This document shows positions 39,007-45,501 of a DNA stretch of 45,501 nucleotides, one piece after another (the first letter of the stretch is position 1; the number at the start of each line of letters is the position of its first letter). A model generated the notes under the pieces. It was not told the origin of the DNA. It saw only the letters and a list, made by a program, of their open reading frames with translations, and ran no database searches. The DNA lies in assembly GCA_905236025.1 (NCBI GenBank), contig CAJOOB010000051.1, forward strand, positions 1 to 45,501, written 5' to 3'. Source of the stretch: an uncultured Lachnospiraceae bacterium (GTDB taxonomy: Bacteria > Bacillota > Clostridia > Lachnospirales > Lachnospiraceae). Position numbers and translations under genes: made by a program.

Positions 39007-39031
39007 CAATTCCATTTTACTATGATAAATT
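39003..39031 (+). promoter_or_regulatory. Sigma-A promoter for the rplU-prp-rpmA operon
   Basis: TTGACA (39003-39008, overlapping the rng stop), a 17-nt spacer ending in TGa, and TAAATT (39026-39031). Confidence 0.55.
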
Positions 39032-39124
39032 ATGTTTTGTGTGCCGCACAATGAGGTTATAAGTGTACCCATTTTTAGAAAGGGTATCACCGAAGTTGGC
39101 GAGTAAATTATATGGAGGTGCTTT
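39032..39124 (+). ncRNA. Possible L21 ribosomal-protein leader (5' UTR of rplU)
   Basis: About 90 nt of untranslated leader with hairpins TTGTG-TGCCG-CACAA and TACCC-ATTTTTAGAAA-GGGTA ahead of the GGAGG RBS. A structured L21 leader is known in Firmicutes, but I could not score a covariance model. Confidence 0.35.
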
Positions 39125-39433
39125 ATGTACGCAATTATCGAAACAGGCGGAAAACAGTACAAGGTTTCGGAAGGCGATGTTCTCAGAGTTGAAAAGCTCG
39201 GCGTTGAAGCAGGAACAAGCTACACATTTGATCAGGTACTCCTTGTAAGTGGCGATGACGTTAAGGTTGGAGCTCCAACAGTTAGCGGTGCCACTGTAGA
39301 TGCTGATATTGTTGGCGATGTTAAGGGTAAGAAGGTTGTTGTATACAAATACAAGAGAAAAACCGGCTATCACAAGAAGAACGGCCACAGACAGCAGTAC
39401 ACAGAAGTTAAGATTACAAAGATTAACGCATAA
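39125..39433 (+). CDS. rplU: 50S ribosomal protein L21
   Basis: MYAIIETGGKQYKVSEGDVL and GHRQQYTEVKI are present. 102 aa. Confidence 0.97.
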   Translation: MYAIIETGGKQYKVSEGDVLRVEKLGVEAGTSYTFDQVLLVSGDDVKVGAPTVSGATVDADIVGDVKGKKVVVYKYKRKTGYHKKNGHRQQYTEVKITKINA

Positions 39434-39744
39434 TGATTAACTTTGAAATTAAAAAACTTGAAGATGGAAGATGTTACGGTTTTTGTTGCAAAGGACATTC
39501 CGGATACGCAAATAAAGGTTCGGATATTGTATGTGCAGCTGTATCGGCATTAACCGTTAATACTGTTAATTCGATTGAAAAGTTCACTGAAGACAAATTT
39601 TCAATTAATCAGGAAGACGGGTTGTTGGATTTTACGCTTGAAAGCGAAGTTTTTAGTGATGATACCGGGTTATTGCTGGATTCTTTGGTGCTTGGCATTA
39701 AAGAAATTGCAAAAGATAATCCCAAATACGTTTGTGTGATTTAG
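39433..39744 (+). CDS. prp: Ribosomal-processing cysteine protease Prp (YsxB family)
   Basis: [18 protein letters not shown] holds the catalytic His/Cys pair. It lies between rplU and rpmA, with a TAATG overlap with rplU. Confidence 0.9.
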   Translation: MINFEIKKLEDGRCYGFCCKGHSGYANKGSDIVCAAVSALTVNTVNSIEKFTEDKFSINQEDGLLDFTLESEVFSDDTGLLLDSLVLGIKEIAKDNPKYVCVI

Positions 39745-39770
39745 GTCGCACTAAGAAAGGAAAGATAGCT

Positions 39771-40055
39771 ATGTTGAGAATGAACCTTCAGTTATTCGCT
39801 CATAAAAAGGGTGTTGGTTCTACAAAGAACGGTAGAGATTCTGAGTCAAAGAGACTTGGCGCTAAGCGTGCTGATGGCCAGTTTGTTAAGGCCGGAAACA
39901 TTCTTTACAGACAGCGTGGAACAAAAATTCATCCTGGTACTAATGTAGGAATCGGTGGAGATGATACATTATTTGCACTTGTTGATGGTGTAGTTAAGTA
40001 CGAAAGAAAAGGCAGAGACAAGAAACAGGTTTCTGTTTATGCAAAGGCTGAATAA
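39771..40055 (+). CDS. rpmA: 50S ribosomal protein L27 (with Prp-cleaved N-terminal extension)
   Basis: [30 protein letters not shown] shows the Firmicutes-type propeptide ending in LQLF. The ATG at 39771 is preferred over the track start at 39732. Confidence 0.95.
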   Translation: MLRMNLQLFAHKKGVGSTKNGRDSESKRLGAKRADGQFVKAGNILYRQRGTKIHPGTNVGIGGDDTLFALVDGVVKYERKGRDKKQVSVYAKAE

Positions 40056-40065
40056 TAAAAACGTG

Positions 40066-40098
40066 GGCTTCAATCGTCAGATTGAAGCCTTTATTTTA
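40066..40098 (+). terminator. Rho-independent terminator after rpmA
   Basis: 10-bp stem GGCTTCAATC / GATTGAAGCC with loop GTCA, followed by TTTATTTTA. Confidence 0.8.
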
Positions 40099-40111
40099 AG
40101 GAGAGTCGGAT

Positions 40112-41404
40112 ATGTTTGCAGATAGTGTAAAAATATTTATTAAATCCGGTAAAGGTGGCGATGGCCACGTTTCATTCAGAAGAGAACTCTATGTTGCAGC
40201 CGGCGGACCAAACGGTGGTGACGGCGGTAAAGGCGGAGATATTATCTTTGAAGTTGCAGACGGCTTAAATACATTATCGGAATTTAGACATAATACAAAA
40301 TATATTGCCGAATCCGGTCAGGAAGGCGGCCAGAACAATTGTCACGGTAAAGATGGGGAAGATCTTATCATAAAGGTTCCGGAAGGTACAGTTATTAAGG
40401 AAGCCGAAACCGGTCTTGTTATTGCAGACATGTCATTGGATAATAAGAGAGAAGTAATATTAAAAGGCGGTAGAGGCGGCAAGGGTAATGCACATTATGC
40501 AACTGCCACAATGCAGGTTCCTAAGTATGCTCAACCCGGACAGGAAGCAAAAGAACTTTATGTAAGGCTTGAGCTTAAGTGTATTGCGGATGTTGGTCTT
40601 GTTGGTTATCCAAACGTTGGTAAATCAACGTTTTTGTCGCGTGTAACAAATGCAAAGCCAAAGATTGCAAATTACCATTTTACAACTTTACAGCCAAATC
40701 TTGGCGTTGTTGATATGCCGGGTGGAAAGGGCTTTGTAATTGCGGATATTCCGGGAATTATTGAAGGAGCCTCAGAAGGAGTGGGTCTTGGGCTTGAGTT
40801 TTTAAGACATATTGAAAGAACCAAGGTTTTGATTCACTTTGTTGATGCGGCTTCTGTTGAAGGAAGAGATCCTATTGATGATATTAAGAAAATAAATGCC
40901 GAACTTGAAAATTACGGTGCAGGCGTTAAAAATAAACCGCAGGTAATTGCGGCAAACAAAGTAGATGCAATCTACGATTTAAGTGAAAGTAAGATTGAAG
41001 AAATCAAAAATGAGTTTGAACCGCAGGGAATAAAGGTCTTTCCTGTGTCAGGCGTATCCGGTCAGGGTATAAAAGAACTTTTGTTTTATGTATCCGATTT
41101 ACTTGATAATTTAAAGGACGAATCACAGGTATTTGAAAGAGAATACTTTGATGATATCAGTGTTCCGGATAACGCCAGTTTACCATATACGGTTGAAAAG
41201 GTTGAAGACGGTCTTTACTCTGTTGAAGGTCCAAGAATTGAAAGAATGCTTGGGTACACAAACCTTGAATCAGAAAAAGGCTTTATTTTCTTCCAGAATT
41301 TCATGAAAGATAACGGCATCTTAGATGAGTTAGAAGCTCTTGGAATTGAAGAAGGTGACACCGTTAAGGTCTATGGCCATGAATTTGATTATTATAAAGA
41401 ATAA
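40112..41404 (+). CDS. obg: GTPase Obg/CgtA
   Basis: Gly-rich Obg fold (GGDGGKGGDIIF, GGRGGKGN), G1 GYPNVGKST, G3 DIPG, and a C-terminal OCT-like domain. Confidence 0.96.
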   Translation: MFADSVKIFIKSGKGGDGHVSFRRELYVAAGGPNGGDGGKGGDIIFEVADGLNTLSEFRHNTKYIAESGQEGGQNNCHGKDGEDLIIKVPEGTVIKEAETGLVIADMSLDNKREVILKGGRGGKGNAHYATATMQVPKYAQPGQEAKELYVRLELKCIADVGLVGYPNVGKSTFLSRVTNAKPKIANYHFTTLQPNLGVVDMPGGKGFVIADIPGIIEGASEGVGLGLEFLRHIERTKVLIHFVDAASVEGRDPIDDIKKINAELENYGAGVKNKPQVIAANKVDAIYDLSESKIEEIKNEFEPQGIKVFPVSGVSGQGIKELLFYVSDLLDNLKDESQVFEREYFDDISVPDNASLPYTVEKVEDGLYSVEGPRIERMLGYTNLESEKGFIFFQNFMKDNGILDELEALGIEEGDTVKVYGHEFDYYKE

Positions 41405-41425
41405 TTATTGAAGAAAGGATATGTA

Positions 41426-41719
41426 ATGATAAATTTAACAAGCAAACAAAGAGCGTACCTTATAAAACTTGCATCAGGTATTCAGCCTTTGTTTCAGATT
41501 GGGAAAAGTGCTGTAACGCCTGAATTTACAAAAGGTATTGAAGAACTTTTTAATACACACGAACTTATTAAAATATCTGTACTGCAAAATTGCCTTGACG
41601 ATCCGAAAGAGATGGCGTTTATGCTTGCGGAAAGAACAGATTCAACGGTTGTTAAAGTGATTGGAAGAAAAATTGTGCTTTATAAGCCTTTTAAGGATAA
41701 TCCGGTTATAAAATTATGA
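41426..41719 (+). CDS. yhbY: YhbY-family (CRM domain) RNA-binding protein
   Basis: LTSKQRAYLIKLASGIQPLFQIGKSAVT is present. I prefer the ATG at 41426 over the TTG at 41408, but the start is uncertain. Confidence 0.85.
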   Translation: MINLTSKQRAYLIKLASGIQPLFQIGKSAVTPEFTKGIEELFNTHELIKISVLQNCLDDPKEMAFMLAERTDSTVVKVIGRKIVLYKPFKDNPVIKL

Positions 41720-42330
41720 TGAAAAGAATTGGTATTATGGGTGGATCCTTTGATCCTGTACATAACGGCCATTTGGAAATGGCAGAAATTGCATATAAAA
41801 AACTTAACCTTGATGCCGTTTGGTTCATGCCCACAGCAAAACCCGGCAGTTACAAAAAGAGAAAACTCGATGCTTCAAATAAAGAGCGTCTCGAGATGGT
41901 TAGGCTTGCAATTTCAGAATATGATGAGTTTGTCTTAAGTCTTGAAGAATATAAAAGAAGAGGAACCATCTATACCGCCGATACCTTACAAATTCTTACA
42001 AAAAAATATTCGGATACAGAGTGGTACTTTATTTTGGGAGGGGATTCCCTAATGCAGATAACCACCTGGAAAACGCCCGAAATTATATTTGAATTATCAA
42101 ATATTGTCGCGTTTACAAGAGCAGATGTTGATTATCCGAAAGCACTTTTATTGTCAGAAAATCTAAAAGAAACATATAATGCCAAAGTAACTGTACTTGA
42201 TGATAAAATCCCGGACGTATCATCTACGCAAATAAGAGAGATGATAAAGAATAAAGAGGATATTTTGGGATTATTGCCAAAGTCAGTATATGAATATATA
42301 ATAAATAACGGAATTTATGGCAAATTATAG
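41716..42330 (+). CDS. nadD: Nicotinate-nucleotide adenylyltransferase
   Basis: GIMGGSFDPVHNGHL (HxGH), plus ISSTQIRE-like VSSTQIRE. ATGA overlap with yhbY. Confidence 0.93.
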   Translation: MMKRIGIMGGSFDPVHNGHLEMAEIAYKKLNLDAVWFMPTAKPGSYKKRKLDASNKERLEMVRLAISEYDEFVLSLEEYKRRGTIYTADTLQILTKKYSDTEWYFILGGDSLMQITTWKTPEIIFELSNIVAFTRADVDYPKALLLSENLKETYNAKVTVLDDKIPDVSSTQIREMIKNKEDILGLLPKSVYEYIINNGIYGKL

Positions 42331-42339
42331 GAGGCAGAT

Positions 42340-42558
42340 ATGAATCCTTTTACAGCTATGAAAGCTAAAAAAACATTAGAAGAAAATCATCCAAAAGCAG
42401 CATTGTTTGTAAAACAGGTAATAATGAGCGGGATGCCTGCAGACAGCGTGATTGAAATATCAGTTACAAAGCCCGGTGAATCAACAAAAACAACAAATGT
42501 AAAAATCACTCAGTCTGATTTGGATGCATTAAACGAGCTCCTTAAAATGGCAAAATAA
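42340..42558 (+). CDS. Small hypothetical protein (72 aa)
   Basis: AGGAGG at 42329-42334 lies 5 nt before the ATG. The ORF exactly fills the nadD-yqeK gap. I recognise no motif. Confidence 0.55.
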   Translation: MNPFTAMKAKKTLEENHPKAALFVKQVIMSGMPADSVIEISVTKPGESTKTTNVKITQSDLDALNELLKMAK

Positions 42559-42574
42559 TTGGGAGGTTCTGTGT

Positions 42575-43159
42575 ATGGAAAAGAAAGATATTAAAAAAGA
42601 ACTCAAAGAATTACTTTCAAAAGACAGGTATAAACATACTGTCGGCGTTAGATACACGGCAATGTGTCTTGGAATGAAATATGACGTTGATCTTGACCTT
42701 TGCGAAATGGCGGGACTTTTACACGATTGTGGAAAAGCAATGAGCGACAAAGAAAAAATTGAGATATGCAAAAAGGCAGATATTCCGATAAGCGAAGCGG
42801 AAAACAAAAACCCGTCGCTTTTACATGCAAAGATTGGCGCATATTACGCGCTTTATAAATATGACATTGATAATCCTTATATTATAGACGCGATAAGATA
42901 CCACACAACCGGCAGACCGAATATGAGCCTGCTTGAAAAAATCATCTTTGTTGCGGATTATATCGAGCCTGGCAGAAATATGGCTCCAAACCTTGGTGTG
43001 ATCAGAAAAATCGCCTTTGAAGATTTGGATGTTGCCGTATTTTTGATTTGCAGGGATACAATTGATTACGTAAATGAACGCGGCTTATACTTGGATGAAA
43101 TGACCGTAAAAACAATGGAATTTTATAAGGAGCTTTGTAAGGACAGACTTGTCCTTTAA
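42575..43159 (+). CDS. yqeK: HD-domain bis(5'-nucleosyl)-tetraphosphatase YqeK
   Basis: RYKHTVGV, LLHDCGK and ADYIEPGR motifs. GGGAGG RBS. Part of the conserved nadD-yqeK-rsfS neighbourhood. Confidence 0.88.
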   Translation: MEKKDIKKELKELLSKDRYKHTVGVRYTAMCLGMKYDVDLDLCEMAGLLHDCGKAMSDKEKIEICKKADIPISEAENKNPSLLHAKIGAYYALYKYDIDNPYIIDAIRYHTTGRPNMSLLEKIIFVADYIEPGRNMAPNLGVIRKIAFEDLDVAVFLICRDTIDYVNERGLYLDEMTVKTMEFYKELCKDRLVL

Positions 43160-43167
43160 AAATAAGT

Positions 43168-43518
43168 ATGACAGAAAATGAAATTACAAAAAAGCAGTTA
43201 AAAATAATATATGATGCACTTTTAGAAAAAAAGGCGGAAAATATAAAGATAATTAATATAAGCACAATATCCGACGTTACCGATTATTTTGTACTGTCAA
43301 GCGGAAACAATGATTCACAGGTTGACGCGCTTTCGGATTTTTGCTTATCAAGCATGAATGAAGCAGGCTTTAAAGAACGCTCATTTGAAGGGTATAAATC
43401 GCACGAATGGAAACTCATAGATTTTGGTGACATTGTGGTACACATATTTAATGCCGATAGCCGCATTTTCTATGATCTGGACAGAATTTGGCAGGACGGA
43501 ACAGTAGAACATTTATAG
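43168..43518 (+). CDS. rsfS: Ribosome silencing factor RsfS
   Basis: DYFVLSSGNNDSQVDALSD and WKLIDFGDIVVHIF motifs. 116 aa. Confidence 0.92.
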   Translation: MTENEITKKQLKIIYDALLEKKAENIKIINISTISDVTDYFVLSSGNNDSQVDALSDFCLSSMNEAGFKERSFEGYKSHEWKLIDFGDIVVHIFNADSRIFYDLDRIWQDGTVEHL

Positions 43519-43530
43519 ATTGGAGTCAAA

Positions 43531-44256
43531 GTGAAGTTTAGTACTAAATATAATATTCATGGTTTAAGAAGAGTCATTCTTGGCATAATTGTTTTGATTT
43601 TTCTTTTATTTACCACGTTTTTTGTTAATTCTCTTGCGGGAAATATTTCTGTTATAAAAAATTATGAAAAAGTTTCATCTACGGTGGTTTCATCTTCAAC
43701 ATCAGATACACCTTCGTGGCAGACATGGTCAATGTATACAAGATACATTACGGTGAGTTTTACTTATGATGATACGGAATACTCAGATGTAGTTATACTT
43801 GGTGGTTCATACTCCGTAAAGGTTGGCGGAAACATGGAAATATACATAAATCCCGACGATCCGTATGATGCATACAGCAACCAGTTCTGGTATAAATCCG
43901 TTGGTATATTTACCATCATGCTTGCAATCCTGGCGATATTTATTGTTTATTTAAGACTTCCTGTCAGACAGAAAAAAAGGGAAGAGGAACTTTCAAAGAA
44001 CCTTTCTGAAAACGGAATTATTTATCACTGCGTAATTGAAAAGACTTATAAGAAAAATTATATAAAGAATACATTAAAGAAAGAGTATCAGTTAGAGTGT
44101 TCATGTAAAAAGGATGATTTGAAACTCTGGTTTAAATCCGAATGTGATGAAAGAATAATTGAATATAAAGAAGGCGCATATATTGATGTTTTAGCGGACA
44201 AGGATGATTACAGAAAATATAGAGTGTTAATTGATACATACAGTGAAAATAATTAG
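43531..44256 (+). CDS. Hypothetical membrane protein, DUF3592-like topology (TM, beta-rich loop, TM, cytoplasmic tail)
   Basis: GTG start after GGAG. TM helices VILGIIVLIFLLFTTFFV and VGIFTIMLAILAIFIVYL flank a loop ending in GGNMEIYINPDDPYDAY. The family call is tentative. Confidence 0.5.
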   Translation: MKFSTKYNIHGLRRVILGIIVLIFLLFTTFFVNSLAGNISVIKNYEKVSSTVVSSSTSDTPSWQTWSMYTRYITVSFTYDDTEYSDVVILGGSYSVKVGGNMEIYINPDDPYDAYSNQFWYKSVGIFTIMLAILAIFIVYLRLPVRQKKREEELSKNLSENGIIYHCVIEKTYKKNYIKNTLKKEYQLECSCKKDDLKLWFKSECDERIIEYKEGAYIDVLADKDDYRKYRVLIDTYSENN

Positions 44257-44322
44257 AAAAAACATAATTTTGACACAACTATATTATACAATGTAACAAA
44301 ATAAATCCTGACAGGAGCTAAT

Positions 44323-45393
44323 ATGAAACATTTAGGTGAAAATTACGAAACATTGGCAAAATTAATGAATTTGCTTGCGGTTGTTCTTACTGTTATCAGT
44401 TGTGCGCTTATAATTATCGGTGCGTGTACGGAAGTATTTTACACATCTGAATTTAATTCGGGTGAAACATATGCGGAAGAAGGCTTTTATGATTATTTAG
44501 ATATTGTAAAAAGCACGGATTTTACATCTTTAAGTTCAGTAAATCTTTTCAGTTATATTATGCTTGTTTCGGCAGTTGTAATACTACTGCTCATAATGGC
44601 ATGTTCGGTTCTTAATGCGGTTTCTTGCATTGTTGCAGCAGTTAAAAACAGAAATGCTGCGGATATGGGCCTCAAACTTGCAACGGTTTCACTTATTTTA
44701 ATATATGTATTAAAGTTAATAGTTACCTTATCTGTTCATGACAGATTTCTTACGGATACTAACGGCTTTTATATTATGTTCTTTGCGGCTATCGGCCTCT
44801 TTATTTCGCTTCTCATAATTAAGGTTGTAATGACGCTCTTACTTGGAAGCGCCGAATATCGAAAAAAATATATCATAAGTTATATATCAAATATACTTAC
44901 CGTTATTTTTTCGGTAATTATACTTGGTGCCGTCAATATGGGAATGTATTATACAACAATTGACGGAACCCTTTATGAATACGGTATAAATCACAGAGTT
45001 TACATGTTTTTTTATAAGAGCGAAATCAGTTCCGAATACTATCTTTACAATACTTTAATAACCGTGGCTGCGCTGCTTATCTTTATACTTGCGGTAATTA
45101 ACTTGATTATTTCATATAATGCATTAAAAAAGATACGTTTCAATATGACCCCGGTATATGTGTTATCCGGAATTATTGCAGCGATTTTGATTGCCGTAAT
45201 AACCACATATACATGTATGGATCTAAAATATAATTCGAGTGTGGGATATATATACGGAAGTGTATCAAATATGTTGATTGTTCAAATAACAGCAACTTCT
45301 ATATTTGTTCTTGCACAGATTGCACTTTTGGTATGGAATTTCCACAATAATAAGATGATTAAAAATCTAAAAACAGATAATAACAATTTATAA
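44323..45393 (+). CDS. Hypothetical polytopic integral membrane protein
   Basis: 356 aa with several long hydrophobic segments. RBS CAGGAG. No recognisable motif. Confidence 0.5.
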   Translation: MKHLGENYETLAKLMNLLAVVLTVISCALIIIGACTEVFYTSEFNSGETYAEEGFYDYLDIVKSTDFTSLSSVNLFSYIMLVSAVVILLLIMACSVLNAVSCIVAAVKNRNAADMGLKLATVSLILIYVLKLIVTLSVHDRFLTDTNGFYIMFFAAIGLFISLLIIKVVMTLLLGSAEYRKKYIISYISNILTVIFSVIILGAVNMGMYYTTIDGTLYEYGINHRVYMFFYKSEISSEYYLYNTLITVAALLIFILAVINLIISYNALKKIRFNMTPVYVLSGIIAAILIAVITTYTCMDLKYNSSVGYIYGSVSNMLIVQITATSIFVLAQIALLVWNFHNNKMIKNLKTDNNNL

Positions 45394-45501
45394 ATAACAG
45401 ACGTATTTATATTCCCGACGATGAAGTCTTTGAAGGACGGAATGCAGTAAAATCAAGGCTTTCAAGCCTTCGATAGAAAAAAGTACAGCAAAAGTACAGC
45501 A

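Noticed and set aside
39020-39388. A 122-aa minus-strand ORF opposite rplU and its leader.
   Set aside because: It overlaps the unmistakable L21 coding sequence, has no motif or RBS, and looks like an antisense artefact.
44257-44322. A TTGACA hexamer at 44270-44275 as a promoter for the last membrane-protein gene.
   Set aside because: No acceptable -10 hexamer lies 16-18 nt downstream. TACAAT is only 11 nt away, and the correctly spaced hexamers are GTAACA and TAACAA. I did not call a promoter.
45440-45501. At the window edge, a hairpin AAGGC-TTTCAA-GCCTT (about 45455-45470) and a tandem 11-nt direct repeat AAAGTACAGCA x2 (45480-45501).
   Set aside because: The feature is truncated by the window end. 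The stem is short, no T-tract follows on the + strand, and two copies of an 11-mer are not enough to call a repeat array. It could be a terminator for a downstream minus-strand gene or the start of a repeat, but downstream sequence is needed.
1-45501. A whole-window scan for CRISPR arrays, IS elements or transposases, integrases, prophage genes, restriction-modification or other defence genes, and long repeats.
   Set aside because: I found none. Non-coding gaps are short (the longest is about 130 nt) and are accounted for by promoters, terminators, a tRNA and a leader. All ORFs of meaningful size are assigned above.

Overview
By inspection (nothing computed), this is an AT-rich, very densely coding chromosomal core segment of a Firmicutes/Clostridia-type genome. 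The gene order is typical of Clostridia, possibly Lachnospiraceae-like, but I cannot verify that here. I call 44 CDS and one tRNA-Leu(CAA), all on the + strand. In order: phoH (5' truncated), ybeY, a MurJ/SpoVB-type flippase, two flavoproteins, proB, 5-formyl-THF cyclo-ligase, miaB, a GH1 beta-glucosidase, mutS, mutL, miaA, a YnbB-like PLP enzyme, tRNA-Leu, a small zf-HC2 membrane protein, polA, coaE, a large FtsA-like protein, a small alarmone synthetase, HAD, SDR, a membrane hypothetical, an RluA-family pseudouridine synthase, recU, hisZ-hisG-hisD, hisB with an extended hisIE, an L,D-transpeptidase-like protein, a TPR protein, the radical-SAM/DUF2344/RNase G trio, rplU-prp-rpmA, obg, yhbY, nadD, a small ORF, yqeK, rsfS and two membrane proteins. 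I see no CRISPR array, transposase, integrase, phage module or recognisable defence island, and there is no non-coding gap large enough to hide one. I therefore cannot point to a clear novel multi-gene system. The items most worth follow-up are single-gene oddities visible in the sequence. (1) A 788-aa FtsA/actin-fold ATPase carries a long C-terminal tail of repeated ThiS-like beta-grasp patterns. (2) A HisIE protein has an N-terminal HisF-like barrel in which both catalytic Asp positions are substituted, in a his cluster lacking hisC/H/A/F. (3) A YkuD-type L,D-transpeptidase homologue has the catalytic His/His/Cys positions replaced by Met/Tyr/Ser. (4) An unannotatable 72-aa ORF sits between nadD and yqeK. 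(5) The conserved but functionally uncharacterised radical-SAM + DUF2344 + RNase G trio is present. All family assignments come from motif recognition by eye and need database confirmation.
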